From assembly GCF_018977255.1 (NCBI RefSeq), contig NW_024705322.1, positions 1 to 54,445 of the forward strand: a stretch of DNA of 54,445 bases. Reading direction: 5' to 3'. Shown here piece after piece: positions 23,501 to 37,909 of this stretch (position 1 is its first letter; the number at the start of each line of letters is the position of its first letter). Position numbers and translations under genes: made by a program. The notes beneath the pieces are model-generated. The model was not told where the DNA came from. It saw only the letters and a list, made by a program, of their open reading frames with translations, and searched no databases. The stretch is from Callorhinchus milii (lineage: Eukaryota).

Positions 23501-26500
23501 AATTGGGACCCCAGGGGTACTAGAACCCGCGGAAGCACGAGCGTTTAGGATGTCGCCTGCGCCACGCCAATAGGAGCACCGCAAGATCGCGCTGTACCAT
23601 TTTCGTTTGGGGCGAATTGAGACGAAAAAGCACCGCTATAACCGTAGAGTTGATCGCAAGAAGCCGGCAACTTTTGACCTACGGGGCACTGATAGCGTTC
23701 ACCTGCGGGTACTCGTCGGCAATCTCGTAGTCTCCCCGTCACAGGGTTGTTCGTAGTTCCCCCCTTTTCATCGGCTGGATAATCCTTTGCTGCCTACCAA
23801 TCATTCAGTGAAACTAATCTCATGAGGTCGCCGAACAAGAAGCTGGTAGCGGAACGTGGCATGCCTTGTGGTGCGCTCTAAGCCGTAGGTGGATTACGGC
23901 GCAACACTAAGGCGCGGACTACTTCCAAGCAAGTGAACTCGATGAATCATTTTAGTATTCTAGTGGCAAACGACTTTGCAAGATAGAAGAGATGGCCAAT
24001 GGCGTTTGGGAACTGGGTCCCTCGACGTCCAATATACCGTATGATGATTGCCGCCGTAGAGATTGGAAAGCGTATGAAGACATTCCGGAAAAACAGCTTG
24101 AGGGTCCGGCGATAGATCGTACTATCGATATACTGACGATAGGTCACCGACACGCTTACTAAGCGACATAATCGGGTTCGGTCAAAGTCACGTCCCACTC
24201 AGACCGGGCTACTATCCCGTGCCAGTTCGCGAGGTAATAAATTGGGATACGATGGAGCAAGAAATTGTCTTTCGGTACGAACATGCTAGACTTAGGGTTC
24301 GCTATTAAAGAAACTTTTAAGAATGAGGAATTCGGTTGAGTCACCCATAGATTAGGGCTCTCGGGGCCAATCCCTTGGATATCTTAGATGACCGGTGCTC
24401 AAGGGCGCGGCACATGCCGCTGGATCTCAGTGAGGTAAGCTACCTGCGTTGGACGTGCAACGCGGCAGAGCCTTGGGTGTGTCCTGCGGAAAATGCAGTT
24501 GAGTGGAAGTGAGTTGGACCGCATATCGCCCAAATGAACGCTGCATTCGTAATCGCTGTTAGCGTACCCTGTACCCGTCTATGCTCCGGTGGCCGATAGG
24601 CCCGATCGTAATACCCCCCAAAACCAGGCTGGCAGCGCTCAACAATGCCTTGGCCGTCGCAACCTATAAGCACCGCAGTGCTAGGATAATGATCGATTTT
24701 GTGTAGACACCGTTGGCGTTCTCCCACTTGGAGTAACTCGGTACCACCCCTCCTGAGCGAGTGTCCAGCGGTTATTTTGGTTCCTCTAACGAGGTTAGCA
24801 TGGGTTTCATCAGTAGAGACGGATGTGAGGATTTATTACTTTGCAGGGTCTCTTTTGAGATAGGTTCTCACTAACACGTTCCGATTAATATGCCCCAAGC
24901 CTCCCCGGTTACACCGACAAACGAGCGGTTCGTGTATGTGGTAATCTGGGGCGTTATGTGAGCCAACGTCTCGTCTCGCCAGAGTGATGGTGCGCTGGGT
25001 AAGGGCAACCTAGAACTGGGACCACCCTTTCCCAGGTCCCTGGAGAGATACCGCAGATGACGATGAGCAGTTTTACATCTTCCGAACCGAATTTAGACAT
25101 TAATAATAGCACTAAACTGCCATTTCGGGCATACGAACGTTCCCCGTATCGGGTTGACCCCATCGTCCTCAACGTCGAACCGTTTTACCAACTATTGTCC
25201 GGGCTAGCAGCCCTCCTGGGTCAAAGTGAGATGCGTAGAGCGATGACGGTGGAGTACCCAACTTGGACTACCAAGATACTTGAAATGGTTAAAAGAATGT
25301 CGTCAGTCCTGAAGAAGTAGTCCTTAGGTAACCAGATTGCCCGCTTCTATTGAATCGTCCCTAGGAGTAAGCGTCTGAGGCCGGGGCTTCCAGAATGGAG
25401 GGCGACCTCGAGGATTGCCTACTATCAGTTTGATAACCGGGTAGGAAATTTGTCGCCTCACAGGGCATCTAAGACAATACGGACTTATACGACGTTGTCA
25501 AAGTGGAACCTCTCTGGAGTTTTACTTTTTTGAGGTTAACTAATCTCGATAACTAGTTGGACACCTGCTCTTTGCCCCCAAACTACACCTCTGGCCCGAG
25601 TGTACTCGAGTAAACCTAGAACGACTAAAGGGGGATGCTTGAATGCGAGATGGTCATTGATTGTGCATTGATTGACTAGTTCTGATGCCATGCACGACTG
25701 AGATGTCCACAGGCTTGCATCGGCGGACTATTGCCATGAGGCAACGGTGGTGCATAGTCAGGTTCGGAATTTCGGTAGTGTCGCTACAGATATCTAGGTT
25801 CGTGGAAGCAAGCGTCGGTCGTAACCTCAAATGGCGGGTGGTTACGGCCTTGTCCGAGGATGCTGGGTCCAACCGCCAACAGACATCCCATGAATTAAGG
25901 TACCGTGCCTCTATAGAGGCGAAGTATGTGTTCGGGGCTGCTCATGCAGTCGTCCAACCCCTAGAACTCGCTGTGCTCTAGGCAAGTAATACTGTTACTC
26001 CCCCACGGACGCTGAGCAGCATTTGGAGTAGCCAGAAGTAAGTCGCTCAGTGTTGCGCGAGACGATCCGTTTCTCTCGCAGGTCAAACATGCTGATCTAG
26101 GGGGTGTATAATTTAATGATACGCAGAATATAACTCGGGCTTCGTATTTCTCAAGTTTTTATATGCGCCGCGTAATACCCATTGTGAGTAACGTCTTGAG
26201 TACAGTTTTTACCGGTAAGATTCGTAGCAGGCTTTGGTGCGGATCCAGAGACTTGCTTATAAGGGGATAGCTCGGTTCCTTAGGAGAATTCGATCGGGCA
26301 ACGGACAAAGATGAAACGTCGGGCGCCATCCTGTCCACCTCTTCGAGAGGCCCCTCAATTTCCGGTATGAGTCCTCACTTGTTACGGTTGAACACCGTGC
26401 ACGCTCAGTGGTCCCAGATGCGGCATTTGAAGAGCACGATCGTGGCTTCCAGCCTTCGGCCCATCCCTATAGTCACTCTCTGTACTTTACAGGGCGTCTT

Positions 26501-29500
26501 GGAATGTTAATGAGGGTAATCGACTTGTTGCAGTCCTCAGGAACACTCGGAACGAGCTTACTATTTGGAAGAGGAGCTCGCCCAAGTGATTCGGGTAGGC
26601 AGTTAAAACACGCGTTGAACCGGTAACTGACCTACGCGGCCCGCGGGTGCCGTAGGTCACAGTTGACTGTTGACCCCCTGGCGGGCACTCTGCCTATTTC
26701 AAGGTACCAGCCAGTCGCGCTTTAAATAAGTTTCCTCTATTTCGTTTATAAATTGAAACATCCGGGGGCAGGGGGTCTTCTTAGCTCGAGATTCAAAGTT
26801 CATTGGGCCCGGTGTACACGCGTTATGCAAATATTGCAGTGATTAATGGCGCTAGAACACCTCATTTTCACGACTCGCGCCCTCAAAAAATGGTGCACAT
26901 TCCAATCATCGTATCGTGGGAGCTCCTGCTGTCAGATGCCGATTCCGCTACCGTGACTACAGTTTATCACCGTCTGTATTTTGTGACAAAGGTGTAATGC
27001 ACGGAGCGTATGACCGAGTTTTGAGAAAGATAAACACTGGTGCGTAAGAATTGTGAGCCTTGTTCTAACCAAGAATGATCTGCCTAGTACTAAGGGTCGC
27101 AGCGGTTTGTAGCCTTTTACGGCATGAAACGCAGATGAAAACAGCTTCCATAAGCGCGTCTAACGTCTTCTTTCAAGGATCGTTCCCCCTTATTGCGGGA
27201 TAGTGTAGTTGTTAATGCTTATGTCGACTCGGGGTGAGTTATCATGCACGTCCCTCATATTACCTAGAGTTCCTATAAGACTATATACGCCAACGTGTAT
27301 GTAGAGTCAATTTCATCTTACCTTTGAGCCGTTTACAAAAGGTAGTTCTATGCCACGCGGGCTGGGATTGTATTCAACAGTGTGACATTTCATTGCATGC
27401 ATGTCGGAGCGAGACGTAATCATTGAGGGATAGTAAATGCGGCGCTCGAACTCGAAGGAGCATGTGCAATTGTGGACTGTGTTTTGGATTGCGGTCAGTA
27501 ACTCCTTCTCCTGAGAGAGGTGCTGCTAGCCACCCACTGGTAGGGGACACGAAGTTATTACTGCTAGATATGTGGAGAAGTGCACTTCTACCAATGTGTA
27601 AGCTAAATTGCGATAAGCGGACTGCACTTTTTGAGACGTGGCCAGTCGGATCATGTATATCGAGAGCGATAGGCGGGTTACCGGTGGCGCTGTAACCTTA
27701 GGGTAGCATTAGAGCAAATATTCCTGTCTTATGTATCGCTGACGCGATCCTATGAGGGGCCTCGGAAACTAGTGCTAAAACACCTGTAACTGACTACGTT
27801 ATATAAAAAAAAGTCCAGTACTCAAACAGATCTCAAGAGCAGCACTGGCAAAGGTGCCTCTAGGTGAGCCCAGCAAGTACTTGTATATATCCGCTAGTGG
27901 TCACGGAGGGGATGTTTAAGTTGCGACGGCTGCTAATAAGCAATGCTCATGAAGCACACAGGATGGATATTGGTTAGGACGTCTTTACCCACAGGCCAAC
28001 CACCATTCCTCTATTCGAGTTGTGTAGCGTTAACTACACAAGTCATGTGTCCCAGCTGGTGACGTTTTAGTTATCTGCCCGTTCTCGGTAAGCACGTTAT
28101 CCTGCGATAAGTACCTACGCGGACCCGGCAGTTTATCACCAACAAGCCGAGCCTAGACGCACCGCTCAATTAACAGAACGAAGTGAAAAAGGTAGTCTTC
28201 TGCAAGTGTGGCGGAGTCGATGTGTTTAAGGCGCCAGTGTGTGAAACGGGCTGATCATGGTATAATCAATCGTACTGCTCTACCCGCGAACCTTAAGGCT
28301 TAATCTCCGTGTGCTAATAGTCACTCTCAAGGACTCCAAGTCATAAGTTAGTGGTAAAAGCCTCCCTGTGACATCTCCGCAATGGAGCAGCTCACTACAG
28401 ATTATCAGACCCCATAGGAACGTACAATGCAATGGACCACGGTAGACAACTGTCCATGAGTCTGCATTGATGAACATTAAATCTGCGGGTGGGTGTCACC
28501 ATGCAACCGTAGTCGGGATGGCATGCTTTGGCCGTGTATACAACAGAGCCCAACCACAGTTTGTTTTGCTATGCTCGGTGCAGCGTGTCTCCCAAGGTTC
28601 AGTATATTTAATCTCCCGCGCATTCTTTAAAAATCCTTGATTGTCCAAGAAGACTAACACTCTCATACTACTCCATTTCAGGTACTTACATATGGAATTA
28701 AAAACCTCCTACTGATGCCGGGCTGCTTCCCGCTGCCGCAAAGTCAGCGTGGATCCAGTAGGAACTGTGTATCAGACTGCTTTTTTATGAGGGTTGTGGG
28801 GAGGACAGTGCGATGTTATCAGGAACGCGTATGAGCGTATGGGCTGGCCTTGTAACCGTGCCTTTGAACTCTTGCGTTTGTCTAATCCGAAAGTTAATAG
28901 GCGGTATCCGACAGTATGGTAACGTGGTTCGATAACAGGACAAGTTCGCGACAGGCTCTTCGCGACGCACTTCATTACAGGAGCTTAGTGCGGAAATCAC
29001 AATTATAGCTGTTTATTCTCTTGTCGTTGTAGTCTCATGTGGCAATTTGGGGATAATGCAACTGAATTAACAAAGTGGTGGGCCCCCATAGCGCCATAAG
29101 CGCAGGTAAAACCTATTTGACCTCTCTGAAACATCGACCCGGTCCATCAACGGAGCTGTACCTGACGGTATTCCTATGCATCTTATCTTCAGAGGGCGAA
29201 TCGTTGGCCTAAAACCCTGCGGGTGAAGCCGCTGACATTATCGGTCAGCTTAGTAAGAACCGAATGTCATCCATCATATCAGACAATTGAATTCAACTAG
29301 GTGTTCATTAGACACTGAGGGCGGATATCTTTGGCTAGTCGAACCATTATTAACTTCCGACGCCTAGTACGTCGTCCCTAAATTGGGTGAAGACAAGTGC
29401 GTTTTACGTAGCGGAGCCAGCCCCGTAAAGGTATAGAGATAGCATACTATGCCCAGTTAACCTATCTGAGGTGTTCCCCAGTGGAGATGTGAATCGCCAA

Positions 29501-32500
29501 GAAAGGGTGGTCCAACCGGCCCCTATAGTTACGACATGGAAATCAAGTGCATTACGGTAATGATGGGACTAAGAGCAGTCACACTCAATCGTGCGAGCAG
29601 GTCTCGTCGGGTGATGGGATGATAATACTACTTCTACACGTTTCGTCGCAACAAAATAATCTCGCCCGTGATTTGAAGCCGGCTTTAAGCTCTACCCCTG
29701 GTCGATCTGAGATGTCTCGATTGGCTGCCGTAGTGACATCATCGACTACGCAATTTAGTTTGTAGGTCAGAGGCCCGAAATTAGATACTTGACTTACGCC
29801 TTGTATATGCGACGGGTGCAGTAGTGAGACATACAAGCTAGGGGAACTAATTGTGAGGGTATAGCCAGAAAGCGCGCCGAAGCGCCGATCACCAAATCTA
29901 CTTTCACCGTCGTGTGGTCTCTGGAGAATAGCTACTTTTTCTGATCCCTAGACGGGGATATGCGTCTTCCACTACAAAACCTACACCGCAAGGTAAGGCC
30001 CCCCCCCTGCCAGTTACGGATTGATCCCTCGCCATTATCTGCCTCACAACGACGAGAAATCACAAATCTAACCGGTTGCCTTAAACGAGGACACGGGACG
30101 CTGGATTAGGAAAAACGCCACCCTTGCAAAACGTATAAATTAAGCAACCAATCCTTAGGGCGAGGTGCATCCGATGGGTGGAGAGAGGGAATGGCGGAAG
30201 TCTCGTAGCTATGATAATCACTCACGCTAAGTCATCACTCGAGTCCAAATTCCCTTTTGGGAGCACAGAGGAAGGTTAATGTCGCGGAGGAACCCCACTA
30301 AGCCACTTTCCGGCGTCACGCTATCCAGCGCTGTCAGCGTCAGTAGGCTGATGACTTTGATTAGCTACTCACCGGGAGTTGCACAGACAGACTGAACAAC
30401 CACTTGAGTTAAGATGTAAAGGGGCAATCTGCCAGAGCTCTTCTTCACGTTGCCCCCGATTAGTCACCCGCTGGTCACGATCCTACTAGACATGAAAAAT
30501 GAGGAGTCTAGTGATATGTAGAATAGTCTATAACCGGGTATCCAATTAGTCGGCGCATGTGAACAGGATCATTCCTTTGTCTTCGACGCCGTCGAGGCTC
30601 CTTAGTCGTAAGCGATAGTGTGGGCCTAGGTACGGCCTGGACCGTTAGATAACCTTTAGGGGATACCAGGAATAGAGACCAATCCAGTGATCAGACAACA
30701 GGCGGAAATGACGCTCGTTGGGAGTGGATGCTATTACACAGGGGCTAGGTGTCAACCCTGTCTTAACACGACCGATGAATACGGGTAGGGGTTACAGCAA
30801 TAAAGTGAGCTCCGCTATTAACACGTCTACGTCTTCTCTCCGTATGCCCGTGGCTGGGCCTGAGCCCACTACGTGAGAGGTATGTTTGTCCTGTGAACCG
30901 ATTTCCTGCTCTTAGCTGCTTTATGAGTAAGTATGGCAAGGAACTGCGGCGTTCCCAACGATAGCTGGTGGACCCACTGATTATCGCAGCTCGACTTAGC
31001 TTGTAAAGTGAGATTGATGAGAAGGATACTGTTAGTGGTTACCACGCGTTATCGCTTCACACGCGGTAGGCCGTGCAACAACCAAGCTGGGCAAATGTAC
31101 TGAAGGGAGTACAATTTCCCCCGGTCGAGTCGTTACGCAGCGTTATGGAAAGTACCTGTCCAAGTTGCGAGTATTCATAGGCAGTAGGACATTTTGATTG
31201 AGAACGAGGCTCAAACTCAGGTAAGGCCTCAAAGGAGCCGACATATTTTAAACTCTGCCTCCTGAGTCGCACCCCCCTGGGGTGTAACGAGGAGTACACT
31301 CAGTTATATCCTTACACGCCCCCATATAGTCCAGCGAGGTGGCAGTAAGATGCTTTACTAATTACACTATGGGATATATACCTAGAAAGGACATTGCCGG
31401 AACGCCCGGGGTTCAATCTCCGCCATAGCAGATTAGAATCGCAACCGGTTGCAGCAGAATCATATCGGAATAATGCATGAGACTGGGGGAAGCTGCAAGC
31501 CGAAGAACGGAATCCCTGTGACATCCCATTCTACGAGCCCCCTAGTCATACTGCAGAATTCCAGACGGATCTCTCCGCAGAACTTACGTCATAATACCCG
31601 TCCGGAATGAGCCAATGCAGTAGTAGGACTACTCTAGCCCTCTATAGAGTCACATAGGATTAAGGTCCGGAGGCCTAACACTCGTTATATTCCTGCAGCA
31701 CACTATCGCGTAAGGTGAAAAAAAGGCGACAGTACCTCTCGTCCACAAGGACGCGATCGGCTGACTGTTTAACCCTTAATGGACTATACTTCTCTTTACA
31801 TATGGTAAGCTACATTCGATGTGATCACCCCTGCAGTGTGGTACTCGAGGGCTCGAAATATAAAGCTCCTTTCCATGTAGGGGATCGAGTGGGCGTAGAG
31901 CGATACTGCCTCCCCTTCCCGCAATATATGGCATTTGTTGACAAGGTACAAGGGCGGCTGGTGAAGAAGCCCCATGTGCAATCCCTTTCGCGTTGTTGTG
32001 AGATCTCCCGACATTAATCGAAGAAGATTCAAACGTAACCTGGAGCAGGGATACACAAAACCGATCTCCATGGTCTCATATAGAACACAGTCACTGGAAC
32101 CCCCATAACCGCGCCGAAGCCAGGTTCCGATGTACGAGCATTTATGCGTGCCTCTCAGAAATCATGTCTCTATGCAGATGGTTTATCCAGAGAACCAAGG
32201 ATATATAGGACCTTGACAGGCACCTGTTGATCCCCTGAACACAGTCTTCTTAGCATAATGGAGGGGACTCTTGCGGTGTCATAGATCTGATACAGTCCTG
32301 CTACAACAAAGTCCAGTTGCCCAGGGAGGCTTCACGCGAATAGCGACTGTCGCCTAGCCACCGGAGGTAGAGAGCCCTGTTCGCTGGTCTGTGTATCTAT
32401 GGCTACACGATCTATCTATGAAGTTGCCCCATAAGAAAATAGGAGTGTGCACCACAGGACAGCAACCAGGTGTTCAAATCCCTCTTCCGTATTTGTTAAG

Positions 32501-35500
32501 TCTGCTAAACGACGAACCCACCGATAGACATTGGCTCATAATGATTCGCACTTTTTTATAGCGGCTCTATAATCGATCCATCTTGAGTTTCTGACGAGAG
32601 CGCGTACTGTGGGGACATGGATAGGTGATGACGTTGTCCGATTGACTGACTCCCTTTTAGATCCCCTCGCCGATGTCATACCACAACGCCACGTGCCCGA
32701 GTAACGAAAGCTCGATATGACTGTCACGAAAATATGGAAGGGAAACACTGAGTATCGTTTCCCCCGTAATCAACCGTCGCGACTGACAGGGGCTTAATCA
32801 GTTTATTGCCTAACGGCTAACACCCGGCGTGGTTGTCTACTTCTAAAATCCTCTCTTAAATGTTCATAGCCGCTTGGACCTTTGGGGGGTTCTGCTCACG
32901 CCCTGGGTCTCTAATAATAGATATACACTGATGAAGAATTTTGATTCTCACTGTGATTAAAATGATCAAGCTGTAGCAAAGATATTGATGGTCGGAATTA
33001 ATTAAGGACTTGGTACAGACTCTCTTTGAGAAACTGAAAACTCTTTACTATAGATTCGATTCTGTGTTTGTCGTGCATTAGGCATATAGCCCTACCATAA
33101 GGATACATCAAAGATTAAGGTTCCACCTGCCAACGGCACCACCCCTGCTATGTGCTCTGGCCATGAGCCACAGATCAGACGTCAAGATATAGTGCACTAA
33201 AGCTCTTTCCGCGACTATCGAATCTGTGGACGTTTTCTGCTTGTACGGCAAGCATTGCCGTGCACGCACAGTTGTCGAGCCCCAGCTCCGTAACATGATC
33301 ACTGTGCTATTGGGGTCTCTGGCCCCCACTTATTCTGGTAGACGGTCAAGGCATTTCGGGCCAAAGGAGATGCCCCGAGCCCACAGAACATCTAATAGCA
33401 CAGCCGCACTTACTAGACGTCTATCGAGGGGCCCCCAGATTAACATAGTGGCCTTGACCATTGTGCACGAACCCTGTACAGGGGAAACCATTCTAGTGTA
33501 TTGACCCTGAGGTTGAGCCAAGAGAATGAACCTCTCTTTCCCTGTGCTAGCTCGCACTAATCGATACCCACATCAACGTCACCTAAATTCAACTATCGAT
33601 TAGATGAGACCGGTACAAACTCTGGGGATGATAGAAGATCACGACAAAGATTGGGGCAATCTGCTGTAAGGTAGGCAGGGTAAATCGTATTGTCCAAGTT
33701 GGACATCATCTGCCGGCTAGCTGATTCATGTATCGAGGCAGCTCTCTTCCTTCATACGGGACCTCTTCGCATTCCATACTCCGACCTGTATTACCAACTC
33801 GCTTCCTTCGCTTACCCGGGTAAAGGGCCACACCAAGGGCTGTCACGGTGTTTATTATTAAACTGTAGTAAGTGGAAAGTCTGCTGACGAGCTTCACCTA
33901 AACACAGTTAACGTTATGGGAGTTGTTAGTGCCCGTACATCGCAGTGGTCCAGGGAGCCCGACTAGTCCACGAATGTTGATTCCGCCCCGCTTCTAAACG
34001 CCAGGTGTATTCGAAGGGCAATCCTAACCCAGTCAGAAACATTGTAGACTTTCTCTACGCCGGAATGTTTTGACATCAGAAAACTTAGGATATGTTCTTA
34101 ATCCTAACGGAGCCGTAAACCGGCAGCCCACACAGACCAGATCGTCAGGATGGAAAGCTTTGCCTGAGATGAGTGCATGACACGGGGCACATTGGTCGAA
34201 TAACTCATAATTGGCGTTCATGCGAGTCGCTCAATTAGATATTAACTACTAGCGGTCTCTTATGGGGGGTGGGTACCATGTTTCAGTACGCAGGAAGAAC
34301 AGGCACGAAGTGTACTCAGAAGTTCCTGGTCGAAAACCAGAATCCACTCTGGAGGGCGTATACACAGACTCACGCCCAATTAGTAGTTGTGTAAGTGCTA
34401 AGTTTTTAACTTGTCCAGCAGCACATATCCCGCCACGGCACCAGACCCAAAATCGTGACCGTGAGTGGGTAGAGCTCCCCCGGGTCTATCGATTGTGGCT
34501 CCTGCAAGTGTATGGCGCCTCCGTGTGTGTTACTAACTTGTGTCACTGTAGAGACGTTTTGCTTATACGGCGTCTGGAGTTGCGCTGTGGACGGGGACTG
34601 TTACAGCCGTCATCCTAGTCCCGCACCCCTTTTGGAGACATTCACAAGAAAGTACGTACGTACCGTCGGGGAGGGATTCTCCGTAATTGCTACGTATGGA
34701 AGTGGCGTCCCTATTGGTCGATTACAAGCTGTTTTTAACCTTGTAATCCAAAAGGTGCCTCCTATAGGAAAATCCCAACTCATCATGCGGGCCGGGTCAC
34801 GTGCATCACAGCCCGCCCTCTTTCACGCGTCTAGAGGAAAGTAGAACTCCGAATGAGCGCTCATATTCCCGGTCCTAGGGGCGACACGCTAACCGTAAAC
34901 AGATTACATGTTTATCCATGCTTCAAGTCGCCGCCCCAGTTGCAAGAGGCAAGGGCATTGCTGACATTCTATCAGTTCTATCTTGGAGGATATGATGATT
35001 TAGGTCTAGTCAGTTCATTCGTGGTTTCACCATGCGTCGCGCTCAATGATCGCCCCATTCTAGTGAACTGGCGTAACTTAGCTAGGATGCATGATAACCG
35101 GTTGATGAGCGGGGTTGAAGTCGGTCAGCTGTGAGGGGTGTAACTGTGCTAATTCCTACAGCGACGTGCACCTAAGACGCAGTTTCAGGTACACGCCCCT
35201 TCGAGGATGGCTAAGTTACGCCTAAGTACTCTAGGCGTCTTCGCAGCAGTGCGCTCTTTCGATATTGCTGGATCGCCCGTTTTTCGCCGCTGCACATAGT
35301 AGGTAAAGCAGAGTGCCATTGCGTTGGGGTCTGACTGTGTGCATTAAGATAAATCATACGAACTGGTCGCCCAGGGGTGGTATCCTATGCTTACGTCCAG
35401 CATTGTGAGCTCCCCGTCCGACAAAGCATCGCAAGGTATGGTAGCAAGTTCGGCGTTGGCCCTTGAACGAAATGAAATTCAAGTTTACCTGGCTTCGCCA

Positions 35501-36831
35501 GACGAGCTAGAGGCATGGGAATACGTTGTTTTATCGTACTAATTGTTACGGATAACATATCGATGCTGAATCTCTAATTCCCGAGTGTCAACATCACTTC
35601 GCCTACCACTCGCTCTTTACATGGGAGAAGTTCTACGCTGCTGTGATCATGAAGCGCGCGTGTAAAAGAATAACCTGAAACGTTGATCTAGGAGGAAAGT
35701 CACGGCCCCAAGTACTCCTCATGGTCTCAGTGTATCGGAGTAAGCTTGTTAATCGTAGTTGAATGATCGTGAGTCGATAGAGCCGGGTTGCGCTGGCGGA
35801 TTTATACCAGATGGCGAACTGACCTGGACGCACCTTTTGTTCCCTCAAATAGTCGCCTATTAAGCTACTACATGGAGTACCCCCAACACAGTTCAGTTAG
35901 ACTAGCGGGGCTCGAAAAAAACATAGCGACTCTTTTATAACACAGGCTGCGATCGACGTTCTGAACGGGTAATCCAAGCTTTGCTCTTAGTCAGGCGCCC
36001 TGGTCAAACGGAGTTAAGATCTATGTATGTCAACCCCAATGAGGTAAGTCCTCTTCAATTTTTTCCCCTCAGGTTACCGTCAATACTCATTATCTGACAA
36101 TTATTAAGGACTTAATTCAGTCCATTCGTCATCTTCAGTCTGTGGTCTCGCCAAGCAGGTTCCTTTTTCGGACCTAATCCGAATATGATGTAGTACCAAA
36201 CAGCCGACGCCAGATTATAAAGCATTAGGTATTTTACAAGTCTGAAGTGAGGTTCTGAGGGACCATTTAAGCTCCCACGGGTCGAACCATACAAAAGCGA
36301 GAATCCGCCAACCCAGATTGTATCTTCCCGTTCAGCCATTTTTGTACCAGGACTCCTTAAGTAATGTAGCGAAATTCCCAACGAATACTAGAGAACGTAG
36401 GGAGTCGAGGATCAACGACTGAATGTAATAACCTATGCCTCGCTTCACTCTGGGTCAAATGCGTCCGGCGGTTTGCTATTCAATTCCACCGTGCTAAAAA
36501 AATACAAACTGGCACAGCCCTCTTTGCTCACGCACCACCGCTTAAACATTCACGGCCAGTTTCAGTCTGCCTAAGAGTCTTCACTAAAGTATTGGCAAAG
36601 GGCTGGGCTACCTGGGCAGTGGCTGCAAAGAGTGGGATTAATTTGCCATGCGATTCCTGTCATCGGCGAAAATAATTGGCGCGTGATATTCGGAAGCTAT
36701 TTCGCAAAGTATGAGCAAACACTGTGGATAATTGTGGATAATGAGACGCATAAGGCCACATTCAACAGGATTTATTTGTGGACTCCTCTATCTAGGTCCC
36801 GTGGATTCGCGGGTAATAGGAGTTACGGATA
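20531..36831. other. Featureless, random-looking block (probably shuffled or synthetic)
   Basis: None of the repeat families found in the flanks occur here. Homopolymers and microsatellites are nearly absent, CTAG/TAG is abundant, and the longest ORF is 118 aa with no recognisable motif. Confidence 0.85.
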
Positions 36832-36832
36832 A

Positions 36833-37276
36833 CACTGGTCAACAAAAAAAACATTATTTTCTGGCCTGGACTTTTGCAGCTGTTTTAGACTAATTTCAGG
36901 GTGCTGATTCCAAATCTGATCTCAGATTTGCTCTAAAACTTCTCATTTTAATGCTATCGGCATATCCCATTTTCATTGATTTTACCCGAAATTAACTCTG
37001 TCACTTATGATTGCAAGTGGTTGCGAGTCAGTGACTGCTTTAGTGTTAAAATATGGTGCTGTACTTTTTAAGATAGTGTGTTTATAATATAATTTTATGT
37101 AGATATCCACATTTATTTAATATTTTTCTTCTGCAGTTTTTATTGAAAATGCAATATTTGATATCTCAAAAACCTGATGCGATAGACAAAAACTGATGCC
37201 AGATTTGGAATAAGCACCCCAAAATTACCTAAAACCGTTGGAATACCTTATGCCAGAAAAGGTGTGTTGACCAGTG
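36833..37276. mobile_element. MITE with 12-bp TIR and subterminal inverted repeats
   Basis: cactggtcaaca ... tgttgaccagtg-TA; internal gggtgctgattccaaatctg / cagatttggaataagcaccc. Confidence 0.7.
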
Positions 37277-37304
37277 TAATCGGGGGTTGTGGATAATCGG
37301 ATAC

Positions 37305-37692
37305 TTTTTAAATCCTTTATATTAAGTTCACTTGCTTGCTTGCTTGCGCGCTTACGACCGTGCAAATCTTTCGGTCGTTTTTTAACCCACTTCCGTGATC
37401 CAATCGAGCTGACATTTTGCACACCGACTCGTTGTGCGTGACAATGTATTTTCGTGAAAAAAATTCCAAAATGTTACACTTTTTAGGAAAAAAAAATTAT
37501 TATATTTAATTACCAATTGCTTAATGGTGGCAGGCAATCATCTGACCCATAGGTGGCAGCCATCTCAAGCCAGAGCACGAGAAGACTCTAGCCGCCCGTT
37601 TCAAAGACCAATGTGGGCTGGGTTGTGGCCCATTGAACACGCATATAAAGGATTTATAGTGAAAAACTTTGTTTTTATGGGTTAATTTTTTT
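37305..37692 (+). mobile_element. HINE/DINE-1-like element with a ~43-nt internal insert
   Basis: Homologous to 17361-17722, with extra sequence at ~37596-37638. Confidence 0.75.
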
Positions 37693-37715
37693 CTTATCCC
37701 CGTGTTTCCTCACAG

Positions 37716-37909
37716 ACGAACCGGACCCGAAGAATGAGAAGCCGTGTCTGAACGATTCTTCAGGCTTCGTGTGTCCCAACGACACGGTGTGCCGGGGCCA
37801 CTGGGAAGGCCCAAACTACGGGATCACTCAGTTTGACAACATCCTGTTTGCGGTGCTGACTGTTTTCCAGTGCATCACCATGGAGGGCTGGACCGACATC
37901 CTCTACAAC
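37716..37909 (+). CDS. CACNA1A: Internal exon of a Cav2 (P/Q-, N-, R-type) calcium channel alpha-1 subunit, domain I S5-P extracellular loop and pore loop (equivalent to mammalian exon 6)
   Basis: Polypyrimidine tract and cacag| acceptor at 37715, |gtgagg donor at 37910; 194 nt, phase 1 to phase 0. Translation (x)[64 protein letters not shown] carries the Cav2 signature and the selectivity-filter glutamate (TMEGW). The paralogue (A, B or E) is not resolved; A is closest for this exon. Confidence 0.95.

Noticed and set aside
22533..23832. ctcatgaggYcgcc occurring twice in the random-looking block
   Set aside because: A 14-mer with one mismatch is expected by chance in 16 kb; no third copy or regular spacing was seen.
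20531..36831. Novel gene island or viral insertion; its short ORFs
   Set aside because: ORF lengths (at most 118 aa) and content are as expected for random sequence; there are no motifs, termini or splice structure.
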